Shown: positions 38,555 to 47,710, counted from the stretch's first letter. The stretch is 60,923 nt of DNA from a bacterium (GCA_044868695.1 JBIOWP010000072.1:1-60923); one strand, 5' to 3'. Numbers and translations: made by a program. The notes: generated from the sequence alone by a model not told the origin.

Positions 38555-40456
38555 CTACTTCTCGTCCGTCCGCTTGTAGTCGGCGTCGATGACCTCGTCG
38601 CCGGGCTTGGCGTCGGCGGCCTGGCCGTCGGGGCCCTTGCCGCCGGCGGCGCCGGCTTTCGCGTACATCGCCTCGGCCAGCTTGAAGCTGGCCTGCTGGA
38701 GCTCGTCGACGGCGCGGCCGATCTTCGCCACGTCCTCACCGGCCAGCGCGTCCTTCAGCTCCTTGAGCGTGCTCTCGACCTTCTGCCGCTCGTCGGACGA
38801 GATCTTGTCGCCGACCTCCCGCAGCATCCGTTCGGTCTGATAGACGAGGGAGTCGCCGCGGTTGCGGGTCTCCGCCACCTCGCGCTTGCGCTTGTCTTCC
38901 TCGCTGAAGCGCTCGGCGTCCTTGACCATCTGCTCGACCTGGTCTTTGGACAGGGTCGAGGTCCCGGTGATCTTGATGGACTGCTCGCGCCCGGTGGCGG
39001 TGTCTTTTGCCTTGACGTCGAGAATGCCGTTGGCGTCGATGTCGAACGTGACCTCGACCTTCGGCACGCCGCGGGGCGCGGGCGGGATGCCGTCCAGGAT
39101 GAAGCGGCCCAGCGTGCGGTTGTCACGCGCCATCTGCCGCTCCCCCTGCAGGACGTGGATCTCCACCTGAGTCTGCCCATCGGCGGCCGTCGTAAATATC
39201 TCACTCTTGCGGGTCGGGATGGTCGTGTTCCGCGGGATCAGCGGGGTCAACACCCCGCCCAGGGTCTCCACGCCCAACGACAGGGGCGTGACGTCGAGGA
39301 GGACGACCTCCCGCACCGTTCCGGCCAGCACGCCGGCCTGGATCGCGGCGCCCACGGCGACCACCTCGTCGGGGTGCACCTCCTTGTTCGGCTCCCTGCC
39401 GGTGAGCCGGCGCACTAGTTCCTGGATCATCGGCATCCGCGTGGCGCCGCCCACCAGGATGACCTCATCCAGATCCTTTTCGGTCATCTTGGCATCGCCC
39501 AGCGCCTGCTTGAACGGCCCGATGCACCGCTCCACCAGATCGGCCGTCATCTCCTCAAACTTCGCGCGGGTCAGGACGTAATCGAGGTGCTTGGGACCGT
39601 TGGCGTCGGCGGTGATGAACGGCAGGTTGATCGTGGTCTGCGCCACGGTGGACAGCTCCACCTTGGCACGCTCGGACGCCTCGCGCAGCCGCTGCAGGGC
39701 CTGGCGGTCGGCGCGCAGGTCGATGCCGTGCTCGCGCTTGAACTGGTCGGCCAGCCACTTCACGATGCGCTCGTCCCAGTCGTCGCCGCCGAGGTGGGTG
39801 TCGCCGGACGTGGCCTTGACCTCGAACACACCCTCGCCGATTTCCAGGATGGAGACGTCGAACGTCCCGCCACCCAGATCGAAGACGAGCACCGTCTCCG
39901 CCTTCTTCTTGTCCAGCCCGTAGGCCAGGCACGAAGCGGTCGGCTCGTTGATGATCCGCAGCACCTTCAGCCCGGCGATCTCCCCGGCATGCTTGGTGGC
40001 GGTGCGCTGCGCGTCGTTGAAGTAGGCCGGCACGGTGATGACGGCCTCGGACACCGGCTCGCCCAGATACGCCTCGGCGTCGGCCTTCAGCTTCTGCAGG
40101 ATCATCGCGGAGATCTCTTCAGGGGTGAAGGCCTTGCCGGCCGCCGGCAGCCGCACGACCGCCATGCCGTTGGCGCCCTCTTCCACCTTGTAGGAGACCA
40201 TCGTCCGCTCCGAGGCCACCTCGGAGTGGCGCCGTCCCATGAACCGCTTGATGGAGTAGACGGTATTCTCCGGGTTGAGGACCGCCTGCCGCTTGGCCAT
40301 CTGCCCGACCAGGCGCTCACCGGTTTTGGTAAACGCCACGACCGACGGGGTGAGCCGGCTGCCTTCGGCGTTCGGGATGACCTGCGGTTCCCCCCCGACG
40401 ACGACCGCGATCACCGAGTTTGTCGTGCCGAGATCGATCCCAACGACCTTGCTCAT
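38555..40456 (-). CDS. dnaK: Chaperone DnaK (Hsp70)
   Basis: [35 protein letters not shown]. Confidence 0.98.
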   Translation of the reverse strand: MSKVVGIDLGTTNSVIAVVVGGEPQVIPNAEGSRLTPSVVAFTKTGERLVGQMAKRQAVLNPENTVYSIKRFMGRRHSEVASERTMVSYKVEEGANGMAVVRLPAAGKAFTPEEISAMILQKLKADAEAYLGEPVSEAVITVPAYFNDAQRTATKHAGEIAGLKVLRIINEPTASCLAYGLDKKKAETVLVFDLGGGTFDVSILEIGEGVFEVKATSGDTHLGGDDWDERIVKWLADQFKREHGIDLRADRQALQRLREASERAKVELSTVAQTTINLPFITADANGPKHLDYVLTRAKFEEMTADLVERCIGPFKQALGDAKMTEKDLDEVILVGGATRMPMIQELVRRLTGREPNKEVHPDEVVAVGAAIQAGVLAGTVREVVLLDVTPLSLGVETLGGVLTPLIPRNTTIPTRKSEIFTTAADGQTQVEIHVLQGERQMARDNRTLGRFILDGIPPAPRGVPKVEVTFDIDANGILDVKAKDTATGREQSIKITGTSTLSKDQVEQMVKDAERFSEEDKRKREVAETRNRGDSLVYQTERMLREVGDKISSDERQKVESTLKELKDALAGEDVAKIGRAVDELQQASFKLAEAMYAKAGAAGGKGPDGQAADAKPGDEVIDADYKRTDEK

Positions 40457-40492
40457 TTCAGTCGACTCCTCTCAGAATGGTGCGGCCGGCGG

Positions 40493-40936
40493 TTACTCGG
40501 CCACCTCGACCTTCACGGTCTTCGGTTTCGCCCGTTCGCTCTTGGGCACGCGGATCTCCAGGATGCCGTTCTTGAAAGACGCCTTCGCCTGGTCGCCTCG
40601 TACGCCGCCCGGCAGGGGGACGGTGCGCATGAACGCGCCGTACCGCAGCTCGCGCCTGACGTAGTGGCGGCTCTTCTCCTCCTGCTCCGTGCGGGACTCG
40701 CCTTTGATGGTGATCGCGTCGTCGGTCGCGGTGATCTCGACCTGTTTGGGATCGACGCCGGGCAGTTCCGCGCGGACCACGACGTCCCCGTCGGTCTCGA
40801 AGACCTCCAGCGCCGGCTGCCACGCCGCCAACGACTGGCCGCGCGGCCGGCGGGTAAAGAAGTCCTCGAACAGCTTGTCCATCGACTCCCGGAGGGACAC
40901 GAGATCGTCAAATGGATCCCACCGGATCAGGCTCAT
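40493..40936 (-). CDS. Hsp20/alpha-crystallin small heat shock protein
   Basis: RWDPF, AELPGV, RELRYGAF.R...LP, ASFKNGILEI.VPK. Confidence 0.93.
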   Translation of the reverse strand: MSLIRWDPFDDLVSLRESMDKLFEDFFTRRPRGQSLAAWQPALEVFETDGDVVVRAELPGVDPKQVEITATDDAITIKGESRTEQEEKSRHYVRRELRYGAFMRTVPLPGGVRGDQAKASFKNGILEIRVPKSERAKPKTVKVEVAE

Positions 40937-41250
40937 GGCAGTCGCCTCCTTCGTATGGTGCGTTCAAACACCCACGACATGGCGTCTCTGGTGCCCTTGT
41001 ACTCCACGCGCTCATACATCTCCAGCAGCAGCCGCACGCCCGCCAGGTTCAGCCCGATCTCCTGGGTGAGGTGGCGGATGATCCGCACCCGCTCCAGGTC
41101 CCGCTCCGAGTAGAGCCGCTGATGGTTCCGCCGCGCCGGCGCCACCAGGCCTTTCTCTTCGTAGATCCGGAGCGTCCGCGGGTGCAGCCCGAGGAGGTCT
41201 GCGGCAATGCTGATCACATAGACTGGATGGTCGTCGCGACGGTTTTTCAC
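40933..41250 (-). CDS. hspR: Heat-shock repressor HspR (MerR family)
   Basis: PVYVISIAADLLGLHPRTLRIYE..GLV.P.R...RLYS..D, GLNLAGV; first gene of the chaperone operon. Confidence 0.85.
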   Translation of the reverse strand: MKNRRDDHPVYVISIAADLLGLHPRTLRIYEEKGLVAPARRNHQRLYSERDLERVRIIRHLTQEIGLNLAGVRLLLEMYERVEYKGTRDAMSWVFERTIRRRRLP

Positions 41251-41270
41251 CTGGGCATCTCCGGGCCCCC

Positions 41271-41322
41271 ACTATACTCACCGGAACGAGTGTTGTCAAG
41301 ATACCTGACAGTCTTACTGTCA
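41271..41322 (-). promoter_or_regulatory. Heat-shock operon promoter with an HspR-operator-like inverted repeat
   Basis: TTGACA(41299-41294)-N17-TATAGT(41276-41271); palindrome TGACAGT-N3-ACTGTCA at 41306-41322. Confidence 0.75.
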
Positions 41323-41436
41323 TGCCTTCCGCCGGCCGGCAGGGTCGCCGCCTGGAGCGGGCGAACCATCGACCCTGGTGCCGCGGGCTCAGGAATAGGA
41401 CGCCCGGGCGGCGCGTTCATCGCAGGGGAGATTCCC

Positions 41437-42354
41437 ATGCGCAACATCATCATTTTGGGCTCCGGCCCCGCCGGGCTGACCGCTGCGATCTACGCCACCC
41501 GGGCCGGACTACAGCCGCTGGTGCTCGAGGGGGCTGAGGCCGGCGGTCAGCTGATGCTCACCACCGAGGTCGAGAACTATCCGGGGTTTGCGGACCCAAT
41601 CCTCGGCCCGGACCTCATGGCCGCCATGCGGCGTCAGGCCGAGCGCATCGGCGCCGAACTTCGCACCGAAGATGCGGCCGCGGTGGACCTGTCGGTCCGG
41701 CCGTTCCGCGTCACGAGCCAGAGCGGAGACACCTACGAGACGAAGGCCCTGATCATCGCGACCGGCGCCAAGGCCAAGCTGCTGGGGCTGCCCGGCGAGC
41801 AGCGTTTGATGGGCCGCGGGGTCAGCACGTGCGCCACGTGCGACGGATTCTTCTTCCGCGAGCGCGACGTGCTCGTGGTCGGGGGCGGCGACACCGCGAT
41901 GGAGGAGGCGCTGTACCTGGCCAAGCTGACGCGCGGGGTCACCGTGGTCCACCGGCGGGACCAGCTGCGGGCCAGCAAGATTCTGCAGCAGCGGGCGATG
42001 ACCAGCCCCAAGATCCGCTTCCTCTGGAGTCACGCGGTGGTGGACATCCTGGGGGACGGCAAAGTCACCGGGGCCACCCTGAAGGATCTCAAGTCGGGCC
42101 GGACCGTCGCGCGCGCCACCGATGGGGTCTTCGTCGCTATCGGGCACACGCCTAACACGGCGCTGTTCCGCGGACAGCTGAAGATGGACGAGAACGGCTA
42201 CATCATCCGCACGGTCCGGTCATCGACGAACGTGGAGGGCGTCTTCGTCGCCGGCGACGTCCACGATCACACCTACCGCCAGGCGGTCACCGCGGCCGGC
42301 TACGGGTGCGAGGCCGCGATCGACGCGGAACGCTGGCTGACGACGCAAGGATAA
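41437..42354 (+). CDS. trxB: Thioredoxin reductase
   Basis: GSGPAGLTAA, GGQL..T.EVENYPG, CATCDG, GGGDTAMEEA, HRRD, YRQAVTAAG. Confidence 0.96.
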   Translation: MRNIIILGSGPAGLTAAIYATRAGLQPLVLEGAEAGGQLMLTTEVENYPGFADPILGPDLMAAMRRQAERIGAELRTEDAAAVDLSVRPFRVTSQSGDTYETKALIIATGAKAKLLGLPGEQRLMGRGVSTCATCDGFFFRERDVLVVGGGDTAMEEALYLAKLTRGVTVVHRRDQLRASKILQQRAMTSPKIRFLWSHAVVDILGDGKVTGATLKDLKSGRTVARATDGVFVAIGHTPNTALFRGQLKMDENGYIIRTVRSSTNVEGVFVAGDVHDHTYRQAVTAAGYGCEAAIDAERWLTTQG

Positions 42355-42388
42355 ACGCGGTCCCTGGTCCCCGGCCCCGGAGTTGCGG

Positions 42389-42727
42389 TTAGCTCACCTG
42401 CGCCGCGAGAATCTTGTCCAGCCGCTTCTTCAGTTCGGGCTTGGGCATGTACCCGACCAGACGGTCCACCATCTCGCCGCCCTTGAAGATCCCCAGGGTC
42501 GGGATGCTCATGATCCCGTAGCGGTGGGCGACCCCGTGGTTCTCGTCAACATCCACCTTCACGACCTTGACCTTCCCCTCGTACTCCGCGGCCAGATCCT
42601 CAACGATCGGGGCGATCATTCGGCACGGGCCGCACCACTCCGCCCAGAAATCCACCAGGACCGGCCGCTCCGCCTTGAGTACCTGCGCGTCAAACTCCTG
42701 CTCATTCACATGCAGTGGCTTGCCCAT
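42389..42727 (-). CDS. trxA: Thioredoxin
   Basis: VLVDFWAEWCGPC, IMSIPT; SD GGAGG 8 nt before ATG 42727. Confidence 0.96.
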   Translation of the reverse strand: MGKPLHVNEQEFDAQVLKAERPVLVDFWAEWCGPCRMIAPIVEDLAAEYEGKVKVVKVDVDENHGVAHRYGIMSIPTLGIFKGGEMVDRLVGYMPKPELKKRLDKILAAQVS

Positions 42728-42824
42728 CCACATGACCTCCTGATCATCGATCCATTCCAGCACTTGAGAGGAACGAACACCGCGGCGAGGCTATTCCCCC
42801 GGCCCCGGAAGCCGGCCGGAAGGA

Positions 42825-43823
42825 TTATACCGCACCCAGCAGCCAATAAGCGATCGCCGCCGCCAGCGCGGCCGCGGGGATCGTCAGCACCCATGCCCAG
42901 AGGATCCGCGCGGCCAGCCCCCACCGCACCGCGGACAGGCGGCGCGTCGCCCCGACGCCCATGATCGCGCCCGAGATCGTGTGCGTGGTGGAGACGGGCA
43001 CGCCGCCCAGCGACGCGCCCAGGATGGAGATCGCGGCCGCGGTCTCCGCGCAGAATCCGCCCACCGGCTGCAGCTTGGTGATGCGCATGCCCATCGTCTT
43101 CACGATGCGCCAGCCGCCGGCCAGCGTCCCCGCGGCGATGGCGGCATGGGCGGCCAGCACCACCCAGTACGGCACGTAGAAGGTCTCCCCCAGCAGTCCG
43201 TTCGTAAACAGCAGCACCGCGATGATCCCCATCGTCTTCTGCGCGTCGTTGGTGCCGTGCCCCAGGCTGTACAGCGCGGCCGAGACCAATTGGAGCCGCC
43301 GGAACACGCGGTCGACCCGCAGCGGGGTCGCGTGCCGCGCCAGCCAGAGCACCGCCACCATCAGGGAGAACCCCAGCGCCAGGCCGATCACCGGCGACAG
43401 GACGATGAAGACGACGATCTTGCGGATCCCTCCCCACAGCAGCACGTCCGGCCCCGCCGCCGCCAGCGCCGCGCCCACCAGCCCGCCGATCAGCGCATGG
43501 GACGAGCTGACCGGCAGGCCGTAGTACCACGTGAGGAGGTCCCAGGCGATCGCGCCGAGGAGGCCGGCCAGGAGCACCTGGTTGGTGATGGCGCCGGGAT
43601 CGACCACGCCTTTGCCGATCGTCGTCGCGACGTGCACCCCGAACCCGAACGCCGCCACGAAGTTGAAGACCGCCGCCCACACCACCGCCACCCGCGGGGA
43701 CAGCACGCGCGTCGACACCACGGTCGCGATCGAGTTGGCCGCGTCGTGGAACCCGTTGATGAAATCAAAGGCGAGGGCAATCAGGATGATGAGAGGGACG
43801 AAGTGAAGCGAGACGGCAGGCAT
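42825..43823 (-). CDS. Inorganic phosphate transporter, PiT family
   Basis: NGFHDAANSIAT, PVSSSHAL, HGTNDAQKTMG, PVSTTH. Confidence 0.94.
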   Translation of the reverse strand: MPAVSLHFVPLIILIALAFDFINGFHDAANSIATVVSTRVLSPRVAVVWAAVFNFVAAFGFGVHVATTIGKGVVDPGAITNQVLLAGLLGAIAWDLLTWYYGLPVSSSHALIGGLVGAALAAAGPDVLLWGGIRKIVVFIVLSPVIGLALGFSLMVAVLWLARHATPLRVDRVFRRLQLVSAALYSLGHGTNDAQKTMGIIAVLLFTNGLLGETFYVPYWVVLAAHAAIAAGTLAGGWRIVKTMGMRITKLQPVGGFCAETAAAISILGASLGGVPVSTTHTISGAIMGVGATRRLSAVRWGLAARILWAWVLTIPAAALAAAIAYWLLGAV

Positions 43824-43827
43824 GCGG

Positions 43828-44442
43828 CTACTTGTGCTTGGCGTAAATCCCCTCGAGCACGTGGGCCACATGCTCCCCCTGATCGGTGGCCTCCTCGAGG
43901 GTCTCGTAGATCTCCTTCCACTTGATCACGTCGATGGGGCTCCCGTTGCTGCTGAACAGCTTGGCGATGGCGTCCCGCTGCATGCGGTCGGCGAGATTCT
44001 CCAGGCGGTTGATCTCCCGCAGGGGACCGGCCAGCCGGTCCAGGTTGCGCAGGTTGGCGATCGCTTCCACGACCGCCTCGCACTCGCTGACGATAACGTG
44101 CCCGAGCTCGCTGGCCTCACTGGTCGCGTGCGGGATCTTGTAGACGGCCAGGCGGGCGGAGGACGCTTCGATCCAGTCCAGGAGGTCATCCAGCTGTTTG
44201 GCCAGCGTGAAGATGTCTTCGCGGTCGAACGGCGTGATGAACGTCCGGTTCAGCCGGTCGATGATCGTGTGGGTGATGTCGTCGCCTTTGTCCTCGACCG
44301 TCTTGATGGCCTCCGCTTTGTGTTCCACGTCCGCGTAATTGTCCAGCAGTTCTTCGAGCATCCGGGCGGCGCGCAGGATGTTCTGGGCGGCCTCATTGAG
44401 CAGATCGAAAAATGTCTCCTCGCGGGGCAGCAGGCGCATCAT
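43828..44442 (-). CDS. DUF47 PhoU-like phosphate transport regulator
   Basis: E.KGD, FITPFDREDI..L...LDD..D, ENLAD, KEIYETLE...D; adjacent to pit. Confidence 0.92.
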   Translation of the reverse strand: MMRLLPREETFFDLLNEAAQNILRAARMLEELLDNYADVEHKAEAIKTVEDKGDDITHTIIDRLNRTFITPFDREDIFTLAKQLDDLLDWIEASSARLAVYKIPHATSEASELGHVIVSECEAVVEAIANLRNLDRLAGPLREINRLENLADRMQRDAIAKLFSSNGSPIDVIKWKEIYETLEEATDQGEHVAHVLEGIYAKHK

Positions 44443-44524
44443 CGGAAGAGTTCGGCGGCGGACGCGTCTTCCCCGCCTGACCCCCAGGGAGGGGGGGCGG
44501 GACCGGGGAAGTCTTCACCTCACC

Positions 44525-45643
44525 ATGCGGGGCGCCATCCAGCTCGGCCGCATCCTAGGAATTCCCGTGGGGGTGAACTACACCTGGTTCATCGCCCTGT
44601 GGGTCCTGGCGTGGTCACTGGCCGGCACCTACTATCCCGGGCGGTTCCCCGGGTTCCCGTCTGCCACGTACTGGGGGATGGGATTCGGGTCCGCGCTGCT
44701 CGTCTTCGCCTCGGTGGTCGTCCACGAGCTCGGCCACGCCGTCGCCGCGCGGCGGTACCGGATCCGCACGCGCAGCATCGTCCTGTTCCTGTTCGGGGGC
44801 GTCGCACAGATTGCCAAGGAGCCGCCCACCCCCGCCGCCGAGCTCGTCGTCGCCGCCGCCGGACCGCTGACGAGCCTGGCGCTGGCGGGCGTCCTGGCGC
44901 TGGCCCGCCCGCTCCTGGCCGGCAGCGCCCTGGGCGTCATCGTCACGTACCTGGCGTGGGCAAATCTCCTGCTGGCGGCGGTCAACGTCATCCCCGGGTT
45001 CCCGCTGGACGGCGGCCGCATGCTGCGCGCGTTCGTCTGGCGCGTGACGCGCAGCCTCGAGCGGGCCACGCTGCTCGCGTCGCGGATCGGTCAGATCGTG
45101 GCCATCGCGTTCATCGCGCTGGGTGTAGCGGGCGCCTTCATGGGCAGCGTGCTCACCGGCCTGTGGCTGATCCTGTTAGGCTGGTTCATGGACACCGGGG
45201 CGGCGGCCAGCTACCAGCAGGCCCTGCTGCGCGAGGCGCTGGGCGCGGTCCGCGTCGGCGACATCATGAGCCGCGAGGTACACGCCGTCGATCCCGGCAT
45301 CACGCTGGACCAGCTGGTGGCGGACTACTTCCTGCCCCTCAAGCACGGCGGATTCCCTGTCGTGTGGGGCGAGCGCCTGCTGGGCATCATCACCCTGCAC
45401 GATGTGAAGAATGTCCCCAAAGAACGGCGCGCCCTCACCACCGTCCGGGAGGCGATGACGCCGCTGTCGAGCCTGCGCACCGTGCGGCCATCGGCGTCCG
45501 CGTATGACGCGTTTGCCCGCATGGCCAGCGACGGCATCGGGCGGCTGCTGGTCGTCGACAGCGACGGCGCGCTGGTCGGGATCCTGACGCGCAGCGACCT
45601 GCTGCACGTGATGCGCATCCGCATCGAACTCGCGGAGCCCTAA
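44525..45643 (+). CDS. Site-2 protease (M50) with CBS pair
   Basis: HELGH, AGP, NVIPGFPLDGG, two C-terminal CBS domains. Confidence 0.92.
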   Translation: MRGAIQLGRILGIPVGVNYTWFIALWVLAWSLAGTYYPGRFPGFPSATYWGMGFGSALLVFASVVVHELGHAVAARRYRIRTRSIVLFLFGGVAQIAKEPPTPAAELVVAAAGPLTSLALAGVLALARPLLAGSALGVIVTYLAWANLLLAAVNVIPGFPLDGGRMLRAFVWRVTRSLERATLLASRIGQIVAIAFIALGVAGAFMGSVLTGLWLILLGWFMDTGAAASYQQALLREALGAVRVGDIMSREVHAVDPGITLDQLVADYFLPLKHGGFPVVWGERLLGIITLHDVKNVPKERRALTTVREAMTPLSSLRTVRPSASAYDAFARMASDGIGRLLVVDSDGALVGILTRSDLLHVMRIRIELAEP

Positions 45644-46161
45644 AGCGCGCGCGCCACCAGTGAGGCCATCAGCAGGGTGAGCCCCAGTGCCGCCCCCGCC
45701 GTGCCGAGACAACCGCGGCGCGTCCGGGGCGGGCCCTCCTGCCGGCGCATGGACAGCCGGGTGGCCTTCTTGAAGTGCTCGACCGCCTCTCCCACCCGTC
45801 CCATCTGCTTGTAGAGAATTCCCAGGTTCTGGTGGGCGACCCAGTAGTCAGGGTCGATCGCGACGGCGCGCTCGTACGCGGCCAGCGCCTCGGCCAGCAT
45901 GCCCTTCTCACGGTAGGCGTTCCCGAGGTTGCTGTAGGCCGGTGCGTAGGTCGGATGGAGCGCGAGGGCCTGGGAAAATTGCCCGATGGCCTCATCCAGT
46001 TTTCCTTGGTGCGCGAGGGCGACACCGAGCTTGCTGCGGGCGACCGCGGAGGTGGGAGCGTCGTCGACGGCGCCGCGGAAGCTGCGTTCGGCCGCGGCAT
46101 AGTCGCCCGCCCGGAGAAACCGCTCACCCGCCTCCAGAAGTTCGTCCGGCCCCTCGTCCAT
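45640..46161 (-). CDS. Tetratricopeptide repeat protein with C-terminal hydrophobic tail
   Basis: About four TPRs (AYSNLGNAY, AHQNLGILY) and a terminal TM-like segment. Confidence 0.87.
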   Translation of the reverse strand: MDEGPDELLEAGERFLRAGDYAAAERSFRGAVDDAPTSAVARSKLGVALAHQGKLDEAIGQFSQALALHPTYAPAYSNLGNAYREKGMLAEALAAYERAVAIDPDYWVAHQNLGILYKQMGRVGEAVEHFKKATRLSMRRQEGPPRTRRGCLGTAGAALGLTLLMASLVARAL

Positions 46162-46261
46162 CGCCCGCCGCCCATCGAAGACGACAACGTCTGCTGGGTC
46201 TTCTTAGTCTCCGTGATCCACCAGGTCCTTCTCTGAAGACCACGGAGACGCGAGTCCTCGA

Positions 46262-46753
46262 TCAGCGGCGGGAGGACCCTGACGCGGCATGCTCGGCGGA
46301 CAACCAGAGGGGGAGTAACTCGAGGTCTTCGTCGTCACGCGCGCCGCGCGGGTCCGCGGCGCTTCGCTCCAGGGCTTCGGCGGCCGCCAGCGCCGCCTCT
46401 GTGTTGTGCTCGCGGGCGATCAGTTCGACCCGGCTCCAGCGGTAGGCATTGAGCATCGCCTTCGTCTGCAGGTACAGCCCGATTAGATCCGGGGGAACCT
46501 CCCCCCGGCTTTCCAGCTCGGCCACGACATCCGCATGCTCCGTGAACACGCGAATCCGCCTGACACCGAGTGACTTCGCACGCAGCACCCCGTGAAGCAC
46601 GGCGCGGTAGGCCAGCACTCGCGGGGGCGCGGGGCCGGCCGGTCGGGCGATCACGCGCAGAGTCTGGCCATCGACATCGCGGAGGACGACTCCGATCGCC
46701 GCGCGGCCTTCCCGCGCCGCCGCACTGGTATAGATCTCCACCGCCTGCACCAT
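46262..46753 (-). CDS. RNase HI-fold (RVT_3-like) protein with degenerate active site
   Basis: IYTSA...AAIGVVL...LAYRAVLHG...LGVRRIRVFTEH..VV...IAREHNTEAALAA follows the RNase HI pattern but lacks the DEDD acids; TAATG coupling to the upstream ORF. Confidence 0.75.
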   Translation of the reverse strand: MVQAVEIYTSAAAREGRAAIGVVLRDVDGQTLRVIARPAGPAPPRVLAYRAVLHGVLRAKSLGVRRIRVFTEHADVVAELESRGEVPPDLIGLYLQTKAMLNAYRWSRVELIAREHNTEAALAAAEALERSAADPRGARDDEDLELLPLWLSAEHAASGSSRR

Positions 46754-46959
46754 TACCACGGCACCTCCGACGCCATCACGATGAGAAGGAGAACGGTAAT
46801 CATCAGAACCTTTACCCAGATGAGGTCGCGGTCATCCACCAGGCGGGCCCAGAGGCGCGGACGCGGGTGCCACCTAGACGGCGCCAGCGTCCTCCGCACG
46901 ACGAGGAGTCTGGCCGGGGCCGGGGCGACTCCGCGGACGGCGACGGCGCGGACGCTCAT
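46753..46959 (-). CDS. 68-aa basic single-pass membrane protein in the lexA operon
   Basis: ATGA overlap with the lexA stop and TAATG overlap with the next gene; Arg-rich N-terminus, then LIWVKVLMITVLLLIVMA. Confidence 0.65.
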   Translation of the reverse strand: MSVRAVAVRGVAPAPARLLVVRRTLAPSRWHPRPRLWARLVDDRDLIWVKVLMITVLLLIVMASEVPW

Positions 46960-47585
46960 GCCTGTCCTCCCGAGTACTTCCGCAGCAGTCCCACCACCTT
47001 GCCGATGATTTCGAACGGCCCGTCGATGCGGCCGTATCGAGGGTTTTCAGGCAGCAGGTACGGCTGCCCGTCCTGGGAGGCCAGCCGCTTCACCGTGGCG
47101 TCCTCCCCGATCAGCGCGACCACAATCTCCCCCGGATCCGCCGCGGGCTGCGAGCGTACGATCACCAGGTCCCCGTCGAAGATGCCGGCGTTAATCATGC
47201 TGTCCCCGCGCACGGTCAGCAGGAAACAGTTGTCGTCCTTCCAGCCGACCATCTTGCGGGGGACCGGGATCATCTCTTCGATGTTCTCCTCCGCAAGAAG
47301 GGGAACACCGGCGGAGACCCGCCCGACCAGGGGGAGATGGGCGATTTCCTCACCGTTGGGGAGCATCCGCTTGTCGAGCACCTCGAGCACGCGCATGCGG
47401 TCACCATAGCGCTTGATGTATCCTTTCCGTTCCAGCGCGGTCAGGTGCTGGTGGACAGTTGAGGGCGATCGCATGCCCAGCGCCTGCCCGATCTCGCGGA
47501 CCGACGGGACGATGCCGTTGCGTCGTATCGACGTGGCGATGTGCTCGAGAACCTGTCGCTGCCTTTCCGTAATCGGGACGGCCAT
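46956..47585 (-). CDS. lexA: SOS repressor LexA
   Basis: PSVREI...SPSTVHQHL..LERKGYI, Ala-Gly cleavage site VSAG, Ser in GDSM, Lys in ATVKR. Confidence 0.97.
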   Translation of the reverse strand: MAVPITERQRQVLEHIATSIRRNGIVPSVREIGQALGMRSPSTVHQHLTALERKGYIKRYGDRMRVLEVLDKRMLPNGEEIAHLPLVGRVSAGVPLLAEENIEEMIPVPRKMVGWKDDNCFLLTVRGDSMINAGIFDGDLVIVRSQPAADPGEIVVALIGEDATVKRLASQDGQPYLLPENPRYGRIDGPFEIIGKVVGLLRKYSGGQA

Positions 47586-47605
47586 CGAGAATCACCTCCA
47601 TCCCT

Positions 47606-47657
47606 ATTATAGCGAACGTATGTACGATAATCAAGCCCGCTACCGAACACTCGTCCG
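47606..47657 (-). promoter_or_regulatory. lexA promoter with two SOS boxes
   Basis: TTGATT(47634-47629)-N17-TATAAT(47611-47606); CGAACGTATGTACG 47613-47626 in the spacer; CGAACACTCGTCCG 47644-47657. Confidence 0.8.
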
Positions 47658-47710
47658 TGCCGGATGGTCCTCAAGTCAGACCCCTATTGATGATTGGTCA
47701 TGGCGGGGGG

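Noticed and set aside
46207..46249. SRP (4.5S) RNA, suggested by CAGGTCC in a long hairpin
   Set aside because: The conserved GGAAGGAAGCAGC / GNRA loop of SRP domain IV is missing
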